IMG/VR virus record: IMGVR_UViG_3300010267_000001
Location: 1 to 59,759 of that record
Origin: a virus
Lineage: Duplodnaviria > Caudoviricetes
Direction: 5' to 3' (one strand)
DNA length: 59,759 nt
Shown here: positions 55,779 through 59,759 of the stretch, one piece after another
Layout of the letters: every line of letters begins with the position of its first letter
Numbering within the stretch: position 1 is the first letter of the stretch
The notes under the pieces: model-generated
What the model was told of the DNA's origin: nothing
Seen by the model: only the letters and a program-made list of their open reading frames with translations
The model's database searches: none
Translations under genes and position numbers: made by a program

Positions 55779-57488
55779 TTAAAGCCTATCCCACAAACTT
55801 TTGTTTGTGTTATCATCAACAATATCTATATTTATTGGAACTCTTATAGAGCCAACATCACCCTTCTGCTTTGATTTTGTAACACTATAAGCAAACGCTT
55901 TAATAGCATTACTAAAATCTTCTGGATTGCTAAATTCTTTAGCCTTTTCACGCCATTCATCAATCTGTTCCTGTGTTAAATCATCAGCGACAGAATTAAT
56001 TGCAAATTCAATTTTAGATTTTCTTTCTTGTTCTTCAACATTAGTCTTAAATTCAAGAAGTCTTGCGTTTTCTTCTTTTAATGTTTTATTTTCTTCTTCA
56101 AGAGTAGAAAACTTTTCTATTTCTTTTTCTAATTCAGATACTTTTTCTTTATAGGTAGCAATATCATTATTAAGCTGTTCTTTCTCTGTTGTAAATGCCT
56201 TTTCTTTTTCTGCAACTAACTTATGTACAAATTCCATTAAATCGTCTTTTTCATCTTCATCATCATCTATAATGACATAAGTCATTTTTGCACGTTTTAC
56301 ACCTTCAAGATTAAGTTTAGCTACACCATCTTCAATAGAGTATGGAATAGCAACAGTTTTATTTGATTCTTCATCCATAGCATAAATATAATCTTCATCA
56401 TAATCTCTCATCCAATATTTACTACATTCCATATCTCCATTTTTGTATTTGACATCATTACAAGCAGATTGAAGAATGTTCCACATTTCATTTGCAGTAA
56501 TGCCAAAGGTTTGAGCAAATTCTTCTTTATTAAATTTCATATCTTCACCATCCTTACATGAAAAGTTACTTGTATCTAAACCAAGTATTTTATAATATTT
56601 TTTTAATTTTGCTTTTGCAGATTTATAATAGTCTGCCTTTGTGTTTCTTTCTAAGAAAGAAAGAGCAGCTTCACAACCAGACTTGCACAATACTAACGTA
56701 TTATCTTTTATTCTACATACAGGATATTTAAGTTTTAAACTTGGTGAATCTTCCCATCCTTCTTCAACAACCAAATAGCATTTCTTAACTAATGTTTTGT
56801 AATTTTTAGCTCTTAAAATTCTGTCTCTTAATTTTATCTTATCAACACTACCCCAAGGTGTAGTCATGTCTGCTGCTTCTTTAGATAAATCTATCTTTAT
56901 AGGGTCTGATTTACCCATTTCATCTTTAGGCACAGCAAACAACATTTTCTTCACTTCCTCAACCATTTCAGAAAACTTTAATACTTTTGCTTTTGCATTA
57001 GGGATAGCAGGGGAATCACCAATCAATGTTACACCTAAAAAAACAAACGATAAAATCTCTGTTTTATCGTCTTTTTGTTGACTGTCCACTATCTGTATTT
57101 CCATTGATATAGGTTTTTCACCATCATGCTTTTCAAATACTTCTATTACTTCTGGACAATAATATTTCCATATGTAAGCAGTACATACAAGCCATAATTC
57201 TTTATTTTCGTCATATTCAAACCTAATATCATCTTTAGATAGTATAACTCCACATGGAATTTCGTCTACCTCATGCCCCATGAAGTCTTTCGTGTATTTA
57301 TTATATTTATAAAGTATTGGTTTACCAACGAGTGTATTAGCTGACTGTCTTATAGCATCTTCGGTTATGGGAAGATTATGTTTGTTGTCACCGCTTTTTG
57401 CAACCCACATTTCTATCTTTGCTAATTGATTGTCGCTTATATCCTGTATATTATATTTGTTTATTGTAAAGCTTACAACATTATTCAC
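55779..57488 (-). CDS. prohead protease-scaffold fusion with an inserted domain
   Basis: GKPIL..DFMGHE, ISMEI, GVTLIG..PAIPNA; acidic coiled-coil C-terminus. Confidence 0.82.
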   Translation of the reverse strand: MNNVVSFTINKYNIQDISDNQLAKIEMWVAKSGDNKHNLPITEDAIRQSANTLVGKPILYKYNKYTKDFMGHEVDEIPCGVILSKDDIRFEYDENKELWLVCTAYIWKYYCPEVIEVFEKHDGEKPISMEIQIVDSQQKDDKTEILSFVFLGVTLIGDSPAIPNAKAKVLKFSEMVEEVKKMLFAVPKDEMGKSDPIKIDLSKEAADMTTPWGSVDKIKLRDRILRAKNYKTLVKKCYLVVEEGWEDSPSLKLKYPVCRIKDNTLVLCKSGCEAALSFLERNTKADYYKSAKAKLKKYYKILGLDTSNFSCKDGEDMKFNKEEFAQTFGITANEMWNILQSACNDVKYKNGDMECSKYWMRDYDEDYIYAMDEESNKTVAIPYSIEDGVAKLNLEGVKRAKMTYVIIDDDEDEKDDLMEFVHKLVAEKEKAFTTEKEQLNNDIATYKEKVSELEKEIEKFSTLEEENKTLKEENARLLEFKTNVEEQERKSKIEFAINSVADDLTQEQIDEWREKAKEFSNPEDFSNAIKAFAYSVTKSKQKGDVGSIRVPINIDIVDDNTNKSLWDRL

Positions 57489-57529
57489 ATCTTCACCACC
57501 TTTCGTTCAAATAGGGTAGGGAAGAAGGG

Positions 57530-57760
57530 TTATTCTTTTGGAAATACCAAATTCCCTGTTTCTTTGTTCTTTTTCCATTCCAACAATGCATTACTTAATT
57601 CTTCTGTTTTAAGAAAAATCCATACTATTTTTTTATCATTTTCATCAATTTGTCTCGATATATATTTTATATTTTTAATTTCACATAAAAATCTTTTTAA
57701 GTTTTTACTCTTACAATAAAACTTTTCTTTTTTAATAGATTCTGGATTACTCACAAACAT
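57530..57760 (-). CDS. small DUF5659-like protein
   Basis: FYCKSKNLKRFL...WIFLKTEEL..AL.EW. Confidence 0.6.
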   Translation of the reverse strand: MFVSNPESIKKEKFYCKSKNLKRFLCEIKNIKYISRQIDENDKKIVWIFLKTEELSNALLEWKKNKETGNLVFPKE

Positions 57761-57778
57761 TCAAGAAACTCCCTTCTA

Positions 57779-59371
57779 TTACTTCTCGTATTCGTCCAAA
57801 TCTTTATCAATGTCACTTCCAGCAGTTCTGCTTATTTCCCCTGAATCTGTCAAATCATTATCTTTTTTTGCTGGTCTACCACCTTTAGTATCTTCTTTAG
57901 ACAATGTATACGATGTCTTTATAGGTGTGAGTTTATCAACAAATCCAAGCCACTTCATAAGTAGCATACCTGCATCTAAATCTTTTATACTCATACCTTC
58001 AGCAGAAGCAATCTTAGGTGTTATAATACCATTTTGTGCTAACTCCAAAGCATGGTTTTGCCTATCTTCTCTATCAAAAATAGTACCTTCAAACTTAATT
58101 TTAAATTTATATTTTCGTGTTAGTCTATTTACATGATAAGTACAGAAATCTTCAAATTGTCTATATATAGATTCCATAAAAGCAGAATCAATTAGTTTAG
58201 ATAAATTCATTGTTGCTACATTAGGTCGTTCTGTATTAAAACCATTCCTATCTATACCTGCTTGTGCAAAAATATTATTTAATGCCTTTGACATAATGTC
58301 ATCTTTAATTTCTGAAGTATTATCAAATGAAAACATCTCCAAGTTTTCAAAAGGTAATGCAGCAATTTTAACGCCAGAAGGCAAATCACTTTGAGCAATT
58401 TGTATAAACTTTGCTAATGTATTAGGGTCGATTGCAAAATCATCTACTTTTGAACCCGTTTTATTTTCTTTGTTTCTAGGTACTGCACCAAGTATAACTT
58501 TTAAAACTTCTGAATCTGCCTTTATTTTTTGCAAATCTTTTAAATGCGGAATGTCTGCAAAATCAAGGAATATACCCATTAATGGTGGTACTAACCCTGC
58601 AAAATGAGTATGGAACTTAAATACCCATCCTTTTTCTGGACTTATTTGTTGCCAGTAATTCCATTTACCATTCCTTAATTCTGGTCTTATATTAGGATAA
58701 TATGTTTTATTATTCTGCATATCTAAAGCATTTTTATAATACTTCTTAAATTCTGGTGCAAATCCGTTTATATCAACACCCATCTGCTGGAAATACATCA
58801 AATTAAACGAATACAAATATCCATATTCCCAATATGAATCAATTATACACCAATCAATAGGCATTTCTTGTAAAAACAAAACATTTTCTTTTTTATCTTC
58901 ACGTAAATGTACAAAATATCCATCTTCTAAACACATTTTTAATACTGCTTTTTTAAATTCTTTTTTTGCATTAAATCTATCAAACCAATTGCACATGATT
59001 TCATAGTCTTTTTTGAATGTTGTCTTATTCATATCTTCTTCAGTAGCATTAATGGGAATAGGAAACCAATCAAATGTTAATATGTCTGATAAATAATGTA
59101 TCATTCGTTTATATGTAAGTTGAGTATTATATAAATATTGTGATAGTCTTCTTAACGATTGTTCATACTCTCTAGGATTGGAAATAATTTGTTTTATATG
59201 TTCTCTAGTTTGACCAGCAGGTTGCATATTTATATTTTTAAGATAAACATTTGCAAGTAAAGGATTGAATAAATAAGAATTTACCTGCGTGAGACTTTTT
59301 GCAAATTCTAATGCGTAATTAAATTCTTTTTTAATATCATCCTGATTTTGAACATTTTTTTGGTGTGGCAC
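57779..59371 (-). CDS. portal protein
   Basis: About 530 aa; LSQYLY, EDG.F, C-terminal TSYTLS...GGRP; first gene of head operon; GTG 59371 is the likely start. Confidence 0.85.
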   Translation of the reverse strand: MPHQKNVQNQDDIKKEFNYALEFAKSLTQVNSYLFNPLLANVYLKNINMQPAGQTREHIKQIISNPREYEQSLRRLSQYLYNTQLTYKRMIHYLSDILTFDWFPIPINATEEDMNKTTFKKDYEIMCNWFDRFNAKKEFKKAVLKMCLEDGYFVHLREDKKENVLFLQEMPIDWCIIDSYWEYGYLYSFNLMYFQQMGVDINGFAPEFKKYYKNALDMQNNKTYYPNIRPELRNGKWNYWQQISPEKGWVFKFHTHFAGLVPPLMGIFLDFADIPHLKDLQKIKADSEVLKVILGAVPRNKENKTGSKVDDFAIDPNTLAKFIQIAQSDLPSGVKIAALPFENLEMFSFDNTSEIKDDIMSKALNNIFAQAGIDRNGFNTERPNVATMNLSKLIDSAFMESIYRQFEDFCTYHVNRLTRKYKFKIKFEGTIFDREDRQNHALELAQNGIITPKIASAEGMSIKDLDAGMLLMKWLGFVDKLTPIKTSYTLSKEDTKGGRPAKKDNDLTDSGEISRTAGSDIDKDLDEYEK

Positions 59372-59380
59372 TATTTCACA

Positions 59381-59457
59381 CAATTCTTACGCAAGGAAGC
59401 CACTGGCTTTAGCCACGTGGAGGAATTGCGTATTTTAAACACGCTACGTAAGAATTG
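59381..59457 (-). mobile_element. right-end hairpin of IS200/IS605-type (IscB) element
   Basis: Minus strand TACGCAA-TTCCTCCACGTGGCTAAAGCCAGTGGCTTCC-TTGCGTA just 3' of the IscB-like ORF. Confidence 0.7.
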
Positions 59458-59759
59458 CTACCTCCTTTCTATAACTATACCCATCAAAGCGTTGTACAAC
59501 TGAAAAATATTTATGATTTACACCTTGTACAACTCTTTGACCTTCCTTGTCTTTAATATCAAAACTACCTGATTTTCTACAAGCAACTTCTCCATACCAA
59601 ATGCCTTTATATTTTCCTTTTGGTATTTCAGCTTTCACCATATCTCCTGTTTGAAAACCAAAGAAATATTTTTGTCTTGCTAAATATCCTCTCGGAAAGC
59701 CGTATTTATCTAAATTTGTTCTACAATGACTCCCTCTACCTTTTGCTTTTATATACAAA
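59444..59759 (-). CDS. iscB: IscB-like (RRXRR/HNH) RNA-guided endonuclease, C-terminal part (5'-truncated)
   Basis: KGRGSHCRTNLDKYGFPR...FGFQTGDMVKA..PKGK..G...G.V..R.SGSFDI...VQRFDGYSY. Confidence 0.8.
   Translation of the reverse strand, partial: LYIKAKGRGSHCRTNLDKYGFPRGYLARQKYFFGFQTGDMVKAEIPKGKYKGIWYGEVACRKSGSFDIKDKEGQRVVQGVNHKYFSVVQRFDGYSYRKEVAILT

Overview
AT-rich (roughly 27-30% GC by eye) segment of a large temperate siphovirus with SPbeta-like gene organisation, probably infecting a clostridial host (inferred from the tRNA-Cys att core, sigma-A promoters and AGGAGG RBSs). Positions 1-20.5 kb (+ strand) form an accessory/early arm: about 50 small ORFs, dUTPase, a PAPS-reductase-family protein, four DNA methyltransferases, a radical-SAM plus DUF4338/Mom-like pair, a GGQ release-factor-like protein and a ThyX-like/dNMP-kinase/deoxyribosyltransferase operon. 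Next come xis, an intact attP (3' half of tRNA-Cys with arm sites on both sides, so this is the unintegrated form) and the integrase. Positions 22-59.4 kb (- strand) hold the virion operon (portal, protease/scaffold, capsid, head-tail, tail, tape measure, baseplate, fibres, lysis), a second tyrosine recombinase, morons and the right end of an IscB-type IS200/IS605 element. The most striking unexplained signal is a dispersed 18-bp dyad, ATNAAA-N6-TTTNAT. It occurs at least 16 times, sits at gene boundaries and brackets the second recombinase, which suggests an integron-like gene-cassette exchange system (inference). Other signals are a second repeated motif lying in promoter spacers, GC-rich conserved joints around swappable receptor-binding domains, and methyltransferases that share terminal modules. 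All family calls are by-eye motif recognition; no searches were run.
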